A stretch of DNA of 64,000 bases from Fibrobacteria bacterium (GCA_039917895.1 JBDSIO010000219.1:78-64077), one strand, 5' to 3'. Positions 22,401-33,400 are shown, counted from the stretch's first letter. Numbers and translations: made by a program. Notes: a model not told the origin generated them from the sequence alone.

Positions 22401-25400
22401 CTATCCCTTCTTCTTCATGTAATGGCCCTTCAAGTATTCCTTCATGGCCTGGTTCTCGTAGGTGGGCCGGAAGCCCAGCGCCGCCGGGCGCCAAACTCCC
22501 TGCCCCCCCAAACCGCCCGGTTCGGCCTTGGTGATCTTCACGAAGGATTCGCGCGGCGCCCCGGTGGGGCAATGGATATCCGCCGCGAAACCCTTTTCGA
22601 TGCCTTGCCCGAACATGGTCTTGTGAACCAGGGTCTCGGTCATCTGCGTGGGCCGCAGCCATGCGCGCGTGGCGCTCTGGTGCGATCCGTACCGGTACAT
22701 GGACTGGTAGTTGGTTTCCGGGCTCTTCGCCAGGCCGTCGGGACGCGTCTCGGCCCCCTTCACGCTGCCGAAGGTGGAGCCGTACATGTTATGCCAGGTG
22801 CGCGTCACGCCACGGGGCGTTCCCGGGTAGTATCGCGCGCGCAGCATCAGCCGCGCGACCTTGTATTCCTCCGTGCCCGGCTTATGGCCGCGGAAGGGCC
22901 GATCCTCCGGATCCGCGTCGATCCAGACGTAGTCCCCGTCCTCCACGCCAATGGCCTTGGCGTCCAAAGGGTTGATGTCCACGTAACCTTCCACCACGGA
23001 GGGCATGCGCTTGTCATGGCGGTAGACGTCGCCGAAAGGACCGAACCAGATGGCGTTGATGTCCGTATCCACCGGGGTGGAATGCGCACCGTGCCGGTAC
23101 TTGGGAGTATGGTAGATATGCGTATAGTTCTTGAGCTTGAGCGGGTGCTCGCTCTTTAGCATCTCTTCCGCCGACATCATCACGTTGCGCGCTTGGCGGG
23201 TTTCGGAACTGACGTCCTTTTCGTCGAATCCGTAGTCCTTGGGCGACTTGAAACGCATGGCTGCGTGCTTTTTGCCGACGATGACGTTGGGCTCGTGCGG
23301 GGTGGAATCGACCGGCTCCCGGTAAATAACCATGTTCTCGCCGCCCTCGATGAATTCGACTTCGGGCCGGTAGAACTCGAGTCGCCCGGATTTGGTGTGC
23401 CAGGGTTTTTCCGACTTCGCCTGCTCATACGACGAGATGCGGGGATAGGTGCGGTTGTTCATCAGGGTCGGTATGCCCTGCTTGGCCTTGTCCTCCATGT
23501 CCCCGATGGTGTTTCCCTTCAGCGTCGCGGACGCGCTGACGATGCGTTGCAGATATTCGGAGGTGTTGTTTTCCAAAACGAACTTCCACATGTCGGACAT
23601 GCGCTTATCGCCCGTGACCTTGGCCATGGCATTGGCGACGCCGGCGATGATCTCCACGTCCGCCCGGGTGTCGAATATCCGCTCCATCGGGGTACGCGGG
23701 AATACCTGCAGAAAGGGGTTGGAACAGGATCCGCACATGTCCGGGTGCTTGAATTCGGCCCAGGAATCGCAGGCGAAGACCAGGTCGGAGTATTCGCAGG
23801 AACCGGTCCACCACCAGTCCGAATAGGCGATGAACTCCAGCTTCGGCAGGGTGTTGTTGACCACGTCGTAGTGCCATTTGATGTTGCCGATCACGGAGTT
23901 GGAATTGTTCAGCCACATGGCCTTGGTCGGCGCCGGCATATGGCCATCGCCGGTGAACATCTTGTCTCCCACCTTCAAGGGGCGATCCCCGTAGTTGAAA
24001 TAGTGGAGCGATTCGTAATGGCTGTATTTCTTGACCGTGGGCTTTCCGCCCGCTTCCAGCTGGAGGTTGAAGGGGTCCTCGGCCGCATAGACCGGCTCCC
24101 CGCCGATCAGGGCAGTACGGTAATTGCCCGCGTAGCTGCCTACGTTGCCACCGGGAAAGCCGACATTGCGGGTGAGCGCCGCCACCATGAAAATGGCGCG
24201 GTCCTTGAGATCGGCATTGAAGAACTGGTTGGGACCCATGCCGCATGCGAAGATGGTTTTTTCCTTGTTCTTCGCGATCTCCTTCGCCAGCTTGATGATG
24301 CCCGTGGCCGGGCACCCGGTGATTTGCGAGACCAGCGCCGGCGTCATGTTGGCGTCGAGGTATTCCTTGGTGAGGCTGTATACCGTCCGGACCTCGACCT
24401 CGCTTCCGTCGATGAGCTTGACGCGCGCCCGGTGCTTCAACTCCACGGAAGCTTTGAGCGCCTTGGCATGGTCGCCGTAGTCGTCCCGGGTTACGGGAAC
24501 GTAATTCTTCGTCTTCTTGTCGAAGACGACGAAGGGCTTGAAGTCGCCGCGCATGGATTCCGGCACGAACTGGGCGGCCTGCTCCATGCCGGGCAGCGGC
24601 TTTTCGCCTTTCTGCATGAACTTGACCGAGGTCAATTCCGGATCCTTATATCCAGCGATGAACTCGTCCGGCCGCAACGGCTGCAACGTGTCCAGTCGGA
24701 CCAGGAAAGGGAAGTCGGTCTTGTTCTCTACGAAGTCCTTGTCGTAGAGGTTTCCGGCCATGATGACCTGGCACAATCCCAAGGCGAACGCCGGATCCGT
24801 GCCGGGGCGGATGATCAGGACGTCGTTGGCCTTGGACGCCGTGGCGCTGTACTCCACGGTGACCGCAACCGTTTTGGTCCCCTTCAGCCGCGCTTCGGTC
24901 ATCCAATGCGAATCCGGCATCTTGGTCGTGATCCAATTCATGCCCCACACGATGAGGAGCTTCGAATGCTCCACGGTGAAAAGGTCGAAATCATTGGTTT
25001 GCTGTCCCGTGACCATGGGATGCCCGGGCGGCAGATCCGTATGCCACGAATAGGAGTCCCAACCCCGGCCCCCGGTGGCCTTGTCCGGACCGACGCCGCG
25101 GATCTTGGAATCCAGAAGCGCGAGCATGTTGGCGAATCGGTACAGCCCGAAAATGCGCGTCGCGCCAAGGAAGGCCATGCCGCCGCGGAATTTCAGGGTC
25201 TGCACGCCCGCGCCTTCCATGGAGTGGATCATGGCAGGATCGTAATTTTGCGCCTTGAGGTACTCCTCCCCCTGCTTGCCGGAATAGGCCGTTGCGATGT
25301 TGGTCATGGTCTTGGCCGCGTACTCATAAGCCTGGTCCCAGGGAAGCCGAAGCCATTTATCCTTGCCGCGTTGGAAATATTTCGCATCCGGTTTTCCCGT

Positions 25401-25880
25401 CCCGGCGTCGCGGGGGTAACCGGCGTCGGCCCATTCCTTGAAGCCGCGCCGGATCATGGGCGCTTTGACGCGCCGGTCTCCGTAGAACCTGCGAACCAGG
25501 GCCAGGCCCTTTTGGCAGATGCGCGGATCCCAGCGGTGGGAACTCTGATTGCCGTACAGATCCACGGCCTTGCCGTATCCGTAGCTAGGACCGATGCGTT
25601 GCAGTACACCGTTCTTGACCTTGGCCTTGAGCAGGCAATTGTGGGTATCGTTGGGCGCGCACAGGAAGACGAATTCCGAATCATGCTCGAAAATGTTGCG
25701 ATAGGTCTTCTCCCAATCCCGATCGGGATATGCGGCCAGGGGATTTTCGATTGCGGTTGGCTTGAAATAGCGCAGCGGGGTCGCATCCGCCCATTTGGCC
25801 GCGGCCAGCGAGCCGCCGGCGATGCCCATGCCCTTGATGAAGCTGCGGCGACTGACGCCTTTGTTCTTATCCTCGTTCAT
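22401..25880 (-). CDS. nxrA: Alpha subunit of a Tat-exported NarG/NxrA-like Mo-bisPGD enzyme (periplasmic nitrite oxidoreductase / periplasmic Nar type)
   Basis: 1159 aa. Twin-arginine signal [19 protein letters not shown]. The N-terminal Fe-S region reads C-x3-D-x3-C-x39-C (an Asp variant). The large size and periplasmic targeting fit NxrA of Nitrospira/anammox/Nitrospina rather than cytoplasmic NarG. The direction of catalysis cannot be read from the sequence. Confidence 0.8.
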   Translation of the reverse strand: MNEDKNKGVSRRSFIKGMGIAGGSLAAAKWADATPLRYFKPTAIENPLAAYPDRDWEKTYRNIFEHDSEFVFLCAPNDTHNCLLKAKVKNGVLQRIGPSYGYGKAVDLYGNQSSHRWDPRICQKGLALVRRFYGDRRVKAPMIRRGFKEWADAGYPRDAGTGKPDAKYFQRGKDKWLRLPWDQAYEYAAKTMTNIATAYSGKQGEEYLKAQNYDPAMIHSMEGAGVQTLKFRGGMAFLGATRIFGLYRFANMLALLDSKIRGVGPDKATGGRGWDSYSWHTDLPPGHPMVTGQQTNDFDLFTVEHSKLLIVWGMNWITTKMPDSHWMTEARLKGTKTVAVTVEYSATASKANDVLIIRPGTDPAFALGLCQVIMAGNLYDKDFVENKTDFPFLVRLDTLQPLRPDEFIAGYKDPELTSVKFMQKGEKPLPGMEQAAQFVPESMRGDFKPFVVFDKKTKNYVPVTRDDYGDHAKALKASVELKHRARVKLIDGSEVEVRTVYSLTKEYLDANMTPALVSQITGCPATGIIKLAKEIAKNKEKTIFACGMGPNQFFNADLKDRAIFMVAALTRNVGFPGGNVGSYAGNYRTALIGGEPVYAAEDPFNLQLEAGGKPTVKKYSHYESLHYFNYGDRPLKVGDKMFTGDGHMPAPTKAMWLNNSNSVIGNIKWHYDVVNNTLPKLEFIAYSDWWWTGSCEYSDLVFACDSWAEFKHPDMCGSCSNPFLQVFPRTPMERIFDTRADVEIIAGVANAMAKVTGDKRMSDMWKFVLENNTSEYLQRIVSASATLKGNTIGDMEDKAKQGIPTLMNNRTYPRISSYEQAKSEKPWHTKSGRLEFYRPEVEFIEGGENMVIYREPVDSTPHEPNVIVGKKHAAMRFKSPKDYGFDEKDVSSETRQARNVMMSAEEMLKSEHPLKLKNYTHIYHTPKYRHGAHSTPVDTDINAIWFGPFGDVYRHDKRMPSVVEGYVDINPLDAKAIGVEDGDYVWIDADPEDRPFRGHKPGTEEYKVARLMLRARYYPGTPRGVTRTWHNMYGSTFGSVKGAETRPDGLAKSPETNYQSMYRYGSHQSATRAWLRPTQMTETLVHKTMFGQGIEKGFAADIHCPTGAPRESFVKITKAEPGGLGGQGVWRPAALGFRPTYENQAMKEYLKGHYMKKKG

Positions 25881-26227
25881 GCTTTTTCCTCCAAATGCGT
25901 ATTGAGCCGGGCGGGTTCGCCGGTAAGGATGGAATAGACGCGGTCCGCGGGCCAGGTTTCCGAGCGATCGACAATCAGTCCTCCGGATGGATCCGAACGG
26001 ATGGCGAAGTACTGGTCAGCAATCCCGCCTGCAAGTCCAGGGCGGTAACTGCGCGCCCTTAGGCCCTCGGGATGCGACTCCACCATGACGGTTCCGGATC
26101 CGGCGAGCCGTTCTTCTCCCAGCGGATAATGTGAGATGCGTCCGATGTCCACGGGTCCGGCAGGAGCGGCCTGCGGCGACGCGTGGAATGCACCGAACAG
26201 AAAATCCCTGCGGTCGATGGGTTTCAT
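25877..26227 (-). CDS. Small hypothetical protein with a twin-arginine-like N-terminus, translationally coupled to nxrA
   Basis: 116 aa starting MKPIDRRDFLFGAF..., with no Cys. Its stop overlaps the nxrA start (ATGA). Codon usage is normal. Confidence 0.4.
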   Translation of the reverse strand: MKPIDRRDFLFGAFHASPQAAPAGPVDIGRISHYPLGEERLAGSGTVMVESHPEGLRARSYRPGLAGGIADQYFAIRSDPSGGLIVDRSETWPADRVYSILTGEPARLNTHLEEKA

Positions 26228-26230
26228 GCT

Positions 26231-27064
26231 TCAGCCACCTGTGGTCCCCAATACAGCCTGGGGGGTCACGTCCTTGACGGCCAGACCCGGGAATTTCTCC
26301 TTGATCATCCCGTCGAATTTATGAGCCAGCAGCCCTCCGTTTCCGCACAGCGGATCCGTGGACATGCCGAATTCGAAAAACAGCGTTCCTTCGCGAAAGC
26401 CCTTCAAGACCAGGGCGATTCCCGTGGTGCGATGAAAATAGGCCGCGATTTCGAACAGCTCCATCGCCATATGCTCCGGGACCGGGCCCCAGGCCGGGGA
26501 ATCGGCGCCCGGCGCCGCAGCTTCGGTGTAGAACACGTCCAGGCAATTGGCATCGCCATGGCGCGCGCTCGCATGTCTCACGAAACGTTCCTTTTCCCCA
26601 AGGCCCATGACCAAACCATCCATGGCTTCGCGCCAATAGTCGCATGCATACGAACCGACAGACCGGCAGAATCCGCACTCGTTGCGGGTGAGTACGCATG
26701 CGCCGGCGCGTTCGCTCCAATCTCCTTTGGCACATGGGATTCCAGAGACCTCCAACAGCCCGCGGAAGTCCCCGGTCTCGAAAGTCAATCCGAGCCTTTT
26801 GGCGAAGCCCAGCGCAAGTTTCCTGCTGTTATCGAAAACCCCCCGCAGAACGGCGTTTTGCGCTCCGGTCGACGAGGAACGGGTAGCGGCTCCGTCCACG
26901 GCACACACGGCCTCCAGGAGTCGCTTTTCCGAATCGGGATCGGCTGCTTCGGGAATGGATGCCTCAGGGCAACCGGACCTCAGGGCGGAAAGCCGAGCCG
27001 ATTGCCACCGCCGGTTGAAGTCCTCGATCTCGTTTTGCGGAACGATTGGGGGAAATTGCATCAT
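26231..27064 (-). CDS. Cysteine-rich hypothetical protein (putative metal/Fe-S binding); first gene of the nxr operon
   Basis: 278 aa from MMQFPPIV. Cys cluster ...GIPCAKGDWSERAGACVLTRNECGFCRSVGSYACDYW. It ends 3 nt before the small Tat protein gene. I prefer the internal start at 27064 to the track start at 27160 because it shortens an unconserved N-terminus. Confidence 0.4.
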   Translation of the reverse strand: MMQFPPIVPQNEIEDFNRRWQSARLSALRSGCPEASIPEAADPDSEKRLLEAVCAVDGAATRSSSTGAQNAVLRGVFDNSRKLALGFAKRLGLTFETGDFRGLLEVSGIPCAKGDWSERAGACVLTRNECGFCRSVGSYACDYWREAMDGLVMGLGEKERFVRHASARHGDANCLDVFYTEAAAPGADSPAWGPVPEHMAMELFEIAAYFHRTTGIALVLKGFREGTLFFEFGMSTDPLCGNGGLLAHKFDGMIKEKFPGLAVKDVTPQAVLGTTGG

Positions 27065-27443
27065 TGTCCTTATCGAGCAATTCCGAGGCCATTGCCATTT
27101 ACGCGCAATCGGGTCCGATTTCGCGGCGCGAACCGTAGTTCGGAATCCCCAATCCGGCATCTTGGCAAAATCGGCAATGAAACCGTGACATTGTTACCGG
27201 TAACCTGTACGTTTCGTTGGGATCGGCGCACAACCTCCAAAGCGGAAAAATCCGTTTGCATACCGCTGCCATCCGCGATTCTGAAAATGGGCGGCCGCCA
27301 TAGGGCGATTGGGAATAAAATCAAAGTTTCGATCTTTTTAATTTAAAACGTTATCGTGATCGCACTATTTGCAATCGACCCGGACGGGGATCCGGCCGGT
27401 CGGAAAGCATTCCCAACAATAACCCCGTTCCGCTGTTGTTGCC

Positions 27444-27457
27444 TTGATCCGGATCAA
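27444..27457. promoter_or_regulatory. Perfect Crp/Fnr-family box TTGATCCGGATCAA
   Basis: TTGAT-N4-ATCAA palindrome in the divergent region between the Crp/Fnr-family regulator gene and the nxr operon. Confidence 0.4.
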
Positions 27458-27595
27458 GTCCGACCCGGCCTTCTTTCGCGTTGCACCGACGGAGCGCTGC
27501 TTTTGGACATAAGCTTCCGGATTGCCAAAATGACCGTAGATAAAGCGGTCCGGGTGGCCTCGGCGCGGCTACCTCTTTTAAGAGAGGAGGTGCCA

Positions 27596-28288
27596 TTGGA
27601 AATCATCAGAAGGATTCTGAATTCCGCACCCCTGTTCGCCGGACTGGGCGCGAGCGGCTGCGGTGAACTCGCGCCTCTGTGCCGCCTGAAGCCGCTGGCG
27701 AAGGATCAGGTTCTGTTCCGGCACGGAGAAAAAAGCCATGCCTTCTTCATCGTGCATTCCGGAGCCATAAATCTCCACCGTCTCGATTCCAAAGGGCGGG
27801 AAATCGTGCTGCGCCTGTTCCACCCTGGCGATTCCCTGGCCGAAGGCACGCTTTGCGGTCTCGCTGAGTATCCCGCCCATGCCAAAGCCGTGGAAGCAGG
27901 CCAGGTCCTGTCCATCGACCGGATCGGCTTCCTCCGCTACATGCAATCGCATCCGGACATGCCCATTCGGATCCTGGATTCAATCGACAAACGGAATCGT
28001 TACTTCATCGAGCAACTGGAAAGGCTTCAGGGACGGGAATCGGGTGACCGCCTGGTCGCCTGGCTGCTGGATAGCGCGCGGCAAGCGCACCCTGCCGGCG
28101 GGCATTCCATTTCCCTGCGACATCCGAAGAAGGTGCTGGCGGCCGAACTCGGCGTCACTCCGGAGACCCTGTCCCGGTCCTTCGCAGATTTGCGGGACAA
28201 GCGGATTATCACCGTGGAAGGCCGCGACATAACCATCACCGATATGGATGCCCTGCGCCGATCCGGCTGCGGCGCCAGGGAAACCTGA
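27596..28288 (+). CDS. Crp/Fnr-family transcriptional regulator (Dnr/NnrR-like; no N-terminal FNR-type Cys cluster)
   Basis: cNMP-binding beta-roll plus a C-terminal HTH (VLAAELGVTPETLSRSF). A TTG start at 27596 is preceded by AGAGGAGGTG. The alternative ATG at 27530 is possible, but the track start at 27356 is not supported. Confidence 0.65.
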   Translation: MEIIRRILNSAPLFAGLGASGCGELAPLCRLKPLAKDQVLFRHGEKSHAFFIVHSGAINLHRLDSKGREIVLRLFHPGDSLAEGTLCGLAEYPAHAKAVEAGQVLSIDRIGFLRYMQSHPDMPIRILDSIDKRNRYFIEQLERLQGRESGDRLVAWLLDSARQAHPAGGHSISLRHPKKVLAAELGVTPETLSRSFADLRDKRIITVEGRDITITDMDALRRSGCGARET

Positions 28289-28312
28289 ATCCGGGTTCCG
28301 CGGGAATTCCCG

Positions 28313-28897
28313 TCAGCCCGATTTGCACCAAAGCGTATCGACATAGCGCTTCGAGCGCGCGAGGATGCGTTCCACCCGCGCCAGACCTTCGGACCCGTGG
28401 CTTGCGTTCCAATCGCTATCCACGCGATGAAACGCCTCGCCCAACAGGTCGAGTTCCGTCGGGCCGAGGATTTCGCGCGCGATGCCGAACACGCAATGGT
28501 TCTCCTTCTGGATATGCGCGCGCAGAAGGCGCGCGTAGGCGTCGCATACCAAGGCGATTTCCTTCCAATCCGGACCGCCCGGCGCAAACGCCGGGTCGAG
28601 CAACGACCCCGCCAGGGAAACCAATTGGCGTCCTTTCACATGCTCCAGCCGCATGGTTCCGGTGGGTCCGCCGATGACCGGCATCCCCCGCATTTCCAGG
28701 GCGGGAAACAGGTATTCTTCTTCCTTGGCATGATGACTAACGTCCGTGAACTCCCTGAGGAACCACAGAATTTCGGTGAGCAGGTCCCGGTCCGAAAAGG
28801 CGCCGACGGAAGCCGCCTCGGCAATGGCCTCGAGTCCGTCCAATACGCATTCCACCTTGCGGTGCTCTTCCTTCAGCATTTCGATTGGATCAGACAC
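28313..28897 (-). CDS. Hemerythrin-domain (HHE cation-binding) protein
   Basis: 194 aa with H/E pairs typical of hemerythrin-like domains (EEHRKVE, HHAKEE, LEHVKGRQ...). It is the last gene of the long minus-strand array. Confidence 0.6.
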   Translation of the reverse strand: MSDPIEMLKEEHRKVECVLDGLEAIAEAASVGAFSDRDLLTEILWFLREFTDVSHHAKEEEYLFPALEMRGMPVIGGPTGTMRLEHVKGRQLVSLAGSLLDPAFAPGGPDWKEIALVCDAYARLLRAHIQKENHCVFGIAREILGPTELDLLGEAFHRVDSDWNASHGSEGLARVERILARSKRYVDTLWCKSG

Positions 28898-28910
28898 GTC
28901 GGTTTTCCCT

Positions 28911-30236
28911 TCAGAAATTGAAGGTGGGCATTACGTAGAGGTTGTATCCCGGCCGGTAATCCTGGTCCGGACCCAAGCCCGCGGCCGCCAGCGCGACGGC
29001 GCCGTCACCGGGTAGAAAGATCCCCCCGCCGAAATGGATGTTCGCCTTGGGATGGATGGTGATCTGGATTTCCAGGTCGGCTTCCTGTCCATAGGGTTCG
29101 TCAATGGCGGCCGGCGCATTCTGAGGGAGAAAGAAATGGTATTGCGGCTTCACCTGGACGCGAGCCGCCCCGGCGGGTCCTCGCACGCAGGCGAAATCGC
29201 CGTCAAGCCGAATGTCCAAGACGCCATAGGCGGGATTAACGACGAAGTAATCCATCCAGCCGAAATAGGCATGGGCAAAATAATAGGAGGCCCGGTAGGC
29301 CGTGGCCCGGTCGTCGGACGGATCGTCGTCACCGCTCATGATGTCCAGTCCCGCATTCACCTTGTGCGCCCCCAACACGGCTCCGGCGCGCAACGCCAAT
29401 TGGAAGGCCGCGCTCGTCAGGTTTCGCCCGGCGGATAGCTCTCCGGTCTGCCAGATGAATTCCTCTTCGTAAACGAACTGTCCCAAGCGGCCGGCCAGCC
29501 GTTCTCCGGCATAGACGAGATCGTAATTGCGTACGCTTAGGCCTCCGTAGCTCCCGGCCAGGCGCGCCTGGTCATAAAACATGAACGCGTCGGCCTGATG
29601 GCCATCCGCGAGTTTGCGGTTGTAGAACAGCCCGGTCAGCAGCAGGTGGTCGTCGACGGCTTTTTCCGCGGAATCGCGCACCAAATAAGCCAGGGCGGTC
29701 AGGTTGTCCGGACCCGCATCGTAGTTGGCCGAAACGCCGTCGAAGGAGCGGGAGGTCGCGCTCCATTCCAACGTACTCAAGAACCGGCCAGACCCGAGCG
29801 AAAGCTTTTGGCGGCCCAGCGCGGCCGTAACGGGACCCTCCTTTAAGGTGGCGTAGCCCTGCAGCAGGTCCATGCCTTTGCTGTTGCCCACCGAGGCCGC
29901 TGCCGGATTGGTCGCGGGCACGGACGGCTCAGACCCCATGTATCGGGAGTCTTGGATTTCCAGGCGGATACCTGTCCGTTCAAAAGGAGCGCCCGAATAG
30001 GCCAGACGCGACCTCAAAAAAGTGTTCAGGAAAGGCTTGTTGGCATCGTCGTCGCGAACAGCCTTCTGATCGAATTCCGTGCGCGTTCGGAGCTGTCCGG
30101 AGAAGCCGAAGGCGGCGGGTGGAGGCGGCGCGAACGGGGACTCCCCAGGGGGCGCGGCGGCAATCGGACCCGCGAAAATCGTCAGCACCGCGGCGATGGC
30201 CGGGGTCCGGATCGGAACAGTCGTAATGGATTTCAT
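28911..30236 (-). CDS. Outer-membrane beta-barrel protein (alginate-export/porin-like)
   Basis: Signal peptide. Amphipathic beta-strand pattern. C-terminal ...YVMPTFNF with a terminal Phe typical of OMPs. Confidence 0.55.
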   Translation of the reverse strand: MKSITTVPIRTPAIAAVLTIFAGPIAAAPPGESPFAPPPPAAFGFSGQLRTRTEFDQKAVRDDDANKPFLNTFLRSRLAYSGAPFERTGIRLEIQDSRYMGSEPSVPATNPAAASVGNSKGMDLLQGYATLKEGPVTAALGRQKLSLGSGRFLSTLEWSATSRSFDGVSANYDAGPDNLTALAYLVRDSAEKAVDDHLLLTGLFYNRKLADGHQADAFMFYDQARLAGSYGGLSVRNYDLVYAGERLAGRLGQFVYEEEFIWQTGELSAGRNLTSAAFQLALRAGAVLGAHKVNAGLDIMSGDDDPSDDRATAYRASYYFAHAYFGWMDYFVVNPAYGVLDIRLDGDFACVRGPAGAARVQVKPQYHFFLPQNAPAAIDEPYGQEADLEIQITIHPKANIHFGGGIFLPGDGAVALAAAGLGPDQDYRPGYNLYVMPTFNF

Positions 30237-30498
30237 TGAATCCTCCCGGAGCGGGACTCAAGCAAGAAACATTCCCGCAGCCCTACCCTTCCAATCCAGG
30301 CATATACCCTTGTTTCCGCGGTGGAAGCCCGGCGGCAAACGCCCCGAATTGCAAAAACGGCGTGGAAGGGGGCGCGGCGCATGCCAACCTGGCACGCGCC
30401 GCCGCGTCGCAACCCTGATACAACCGTTTCCATCCGGCCCGGGGATCCAAACCGGCCCGGGATGGGTAACTCCATGGATACCCATGGGGGCTCCGCAT

Positions 30499-33400
30499 TC
30501 ATCCATGGCCGTGGAAATTCCCGGAAGCGGACCAATGGGTCATCGCCTGATCGATGTCCGCGGCATCCACCCGCGTCCTACCCTCGCCCTTGGCGCGGCG
30601 TTCGATTTCCTTCATTACCATGGGACGGATGAAGTCCGGGATGCGGGAAGTGCGGGCCGTGGCCGCTTCGCTCCACTCCAGCTCCGGCGCCATCTTGGCG
30701 GAGCCATCACCCCAGCTCCCGTATTTTCCGTCCATGATCTCCAGATCCACCACGTCCGCTCCTCCCGCGCGCGCCCATTTCTCGACGCGGCAGCGCGTCA
30801 TGGTGCGCATGAAGCCTTCCGGTACCCGTTCCAGCCTTTGCAGGGCTTCGGGTTTCCAGGCCAGGGTCTTGAAAGCGGAAGACTTGGCCTGGGCGCGCTT
30901 TTCCGCGCTCAAGCGGACGAAATGCCCGGTGCCGCAATTGGCGCAGACCGTCGGTTTGGCGCCGTCCAGGATAATGCCGCACAGGTGGCATTCCCAAGGA
31001 GCGATCTCCGAGGCATCGGAGGCTTCCGGCGTTGCGCTTGCCTGGGCGGAAGTTCGGGCCGGATCCGCGGAAGGGGTCGCGGCATGCGGGTTGGCGCCTT
31101 GGCCATGGGCATGCGGATTGACGCCATGGGCGTGGATATGACCATGCGCCCCGGGGTCTCCTTGGCCCGATCCCGTCATGCTTGCATGCATCTTCTCCCG
31201 GGCCTTGCCCAGCCCCGCTTCCGCCACCTCCAAGGTGATTTCCTTCGTTCCGGAGTTCAGGGCGTGTTCCTCCACCATGTTTTTCGCGGCCTTGCGCATG
31301 AATCCATCCGGCACCCGTTCCAGGCGCTTGACGGCATCTTCCGTCCAGGCCGGTCCTCCGAAGGCGTCGGAGGATATCGCCCCGGGCGCCGCTTCGGCGG
31401 CGGATACGGGGGCTGCGGGAGCAAGATCCGCGGTAGTGGGAACGGCGGTTGGCGCAGCGCCGATGCCGGCGGCGCGCAATTCGGCCTCCACCATCTCCAG
31501 GGTCACGGCCGTGATACGTTGGGTCAATGCCCGTTTTTCCAGGCGGTTGCGGATCTGCGCCGTCACCGTCGCATCCCCGGACTTTTCCAACAGGGCCAGC
31601 GCGGATTTCTCCCACATCAATTGCCGATCCCCCAGAGTTTCCAAGGACTGCCCTTCGCTGACGATGGCGCTTTCCAGCAGCTTGAACATATGCCCGCCCA
31701 TGCCGCAGATAGGGCAGGACTGGGGCCGGGATCCATGATGGACGTGGCCGCAGGCCTGGCATTTGAAGCTCAAGGCGATCTTGTCGTGGGAATCGCGCTC
31801 CTTGCCCTCGTCCGTGTCCACGATGCCCATGCGGGCCAGCGCAGCGGGAGGCAGCAGGGTTTTCAGGGCCGCGTTCAGGATCGACTCCGTGACCACGGTA
31901 TGGCCTTCGGCCACGCAATAGTTCTGGATCGCTTTCATCGCCATATTCTGCGCCATGGCCGGCACCCGTTGCATGCGGGCCTTGGCCTCGGTGGTCCAAC
32001 TCACGGTCTCCTCGGCCTGGAATTCCACCGGAGGCTTGGCCTTGGAATCCACCACCAATATGTTGCAGGGCGCCAGGCGGCACAGGTTCTCGGTGTTGCC
32101 GCCGATGTCCATGTCCTCGTCGCTATGGAAGCCGATACGGCCCACCACCAGCAGCCAGGGCGGCTCAGCCTTGACGAGCTGCAGGATCTTTTCGAAGGGT
32201 TTGCCATCCAACAAACGGATCTCGATGGCTACGCCCGCCTCTTCGGCCAGCCGCTTGGCGATGTTCAGGTAGGACTGGTAGATCTTGGCCAGCCCCGAGT
32301 CGATGATGTCTTCATGTAGCTTCTCCTGCTCTTCGAACTTGAAGACCTTACGCGCCTTTTCGGTGAGGGTCTTGTTCAGGCTTTTGAACATGGCATAATG
32401 GAAATAGGGGTCGAAGGCGGATACCGCCAGTACTTTCTTGTCCAATGTCTTCGCGAGCCGCATGGCCCGCTGCAGGCCGCCCCAGCTTCGGATGCTGCCG
32501 TCCAGGCAGACTATGATGGTGTCGGAGACGTTCTCTTCCACGGACATGCGCGTAAGCAGGACATCGCGGCGGACGCGGCGCAGCATGCGCTCGGCGACGG
32601 TGCCCAGTTGGGAATTGCCCACGCGGCCGACGCCGTGCGCGCCCAGGGCCACGAGATCGTAATCGTTGGCCGCGATGTCCTCGGCCATGGCCTTCCAATT
32701 CTTGCCTTCCAGGCTCACGGCGGCGAACTCCAGGTTATCGGTCTTGCAAGCGCCGGACATGGCCTCCAAATACGAGTCCGTGATCAGCTCCAGCCCTTTG
32801 GTGATCAGGCTGTCGTGGATCTTGCGCTGGCGGTTAAGTTCCTTCTCCTTCTGGAACTCCTCCGGAAGTCCGCCTTCCATGGCGCGGAAACGGTTGTCGT
32901 GCATCTTAGCCGCATACACGTGGCTGCCGATCATGCGGGCGCCTTCGCGCTTGCCGATCAGCATGGCCGTGCGCATGGCCTCGTTGGAAGGGACGGAACT
33001 GTCCAGGCCCACGTAAATGCGCGAGTATTTCCAGTCTACCGCCTTGGGCGCGGCTTCCCCATCGGGATGGGAGCCGGGCGCCTGGAAGGAGGGAACCGTT
33101 GCAGGGACGGCCTCAGCGGCCTCGGCAGCTATGGCGGTAACGGTGGCCGGGGCGGCCGCGGCGGCTATTGCAGACGGGGCGGAAGGGGCGGTTGCCGCAG
33201 CCGCCTCTAGGGTCGCGGCAGTTGCGGTCCCGGCGTCCTTCGGCCGCTCCAAAACCTCGCGGGCCTCCTTCATCAGTTCCATGGTGATGCGCGTGAACCC
33301 GCGCCCCTTGGCGTATTTTTCGATCTGCTCGGTGATGAACTGGCGGATCATGCCCGGGGCCCGGTTGATGGATTCAATGGCCTCGGGCTCCCATTCCATA

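Noticed and set aside
22401-25880. Annotating the alpha subunit as classical cytoplasmic NarG
   Set aside because: It has a Tat signal, no narI in the operon, an EB_dh-type gamma with its own signal peptide, and an Asp-variant Fe-S motif. These place it with periplasm-facing NXR/pNar enzymes.
20394-25937. Long plus-strand ORFs (487 aa, 409 aa, 914 aa) across the nxr operon
   Set aside because: All are antisense to nxrC/nxrB/nxrA. Their composition is dominated by Arg/Gly/His/Val/Asp runs and they have no domain signatures.
27160-27177. Sigma-54-like element TGGCAAAATCGGCAA upstream of the Cys-rich gene
   Set aside because: The GG and GC dinucleotides are 8 nt apart rather than the 10 nt the -24/-12 consensus needs. 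It is also inside the longer alternative reading frame, so I did not call it.
27356-27595. N-terminal extension of the Crp/Fnr ORF
   Set aside because: The extension (MIALFAIDPDGDP...) contains the Fnr box itself and has no similarity to regulator N-termini. A TTG with a GGAGG RBS at 27596 gives a canonical ~230-aa Crp/Fnr protein.
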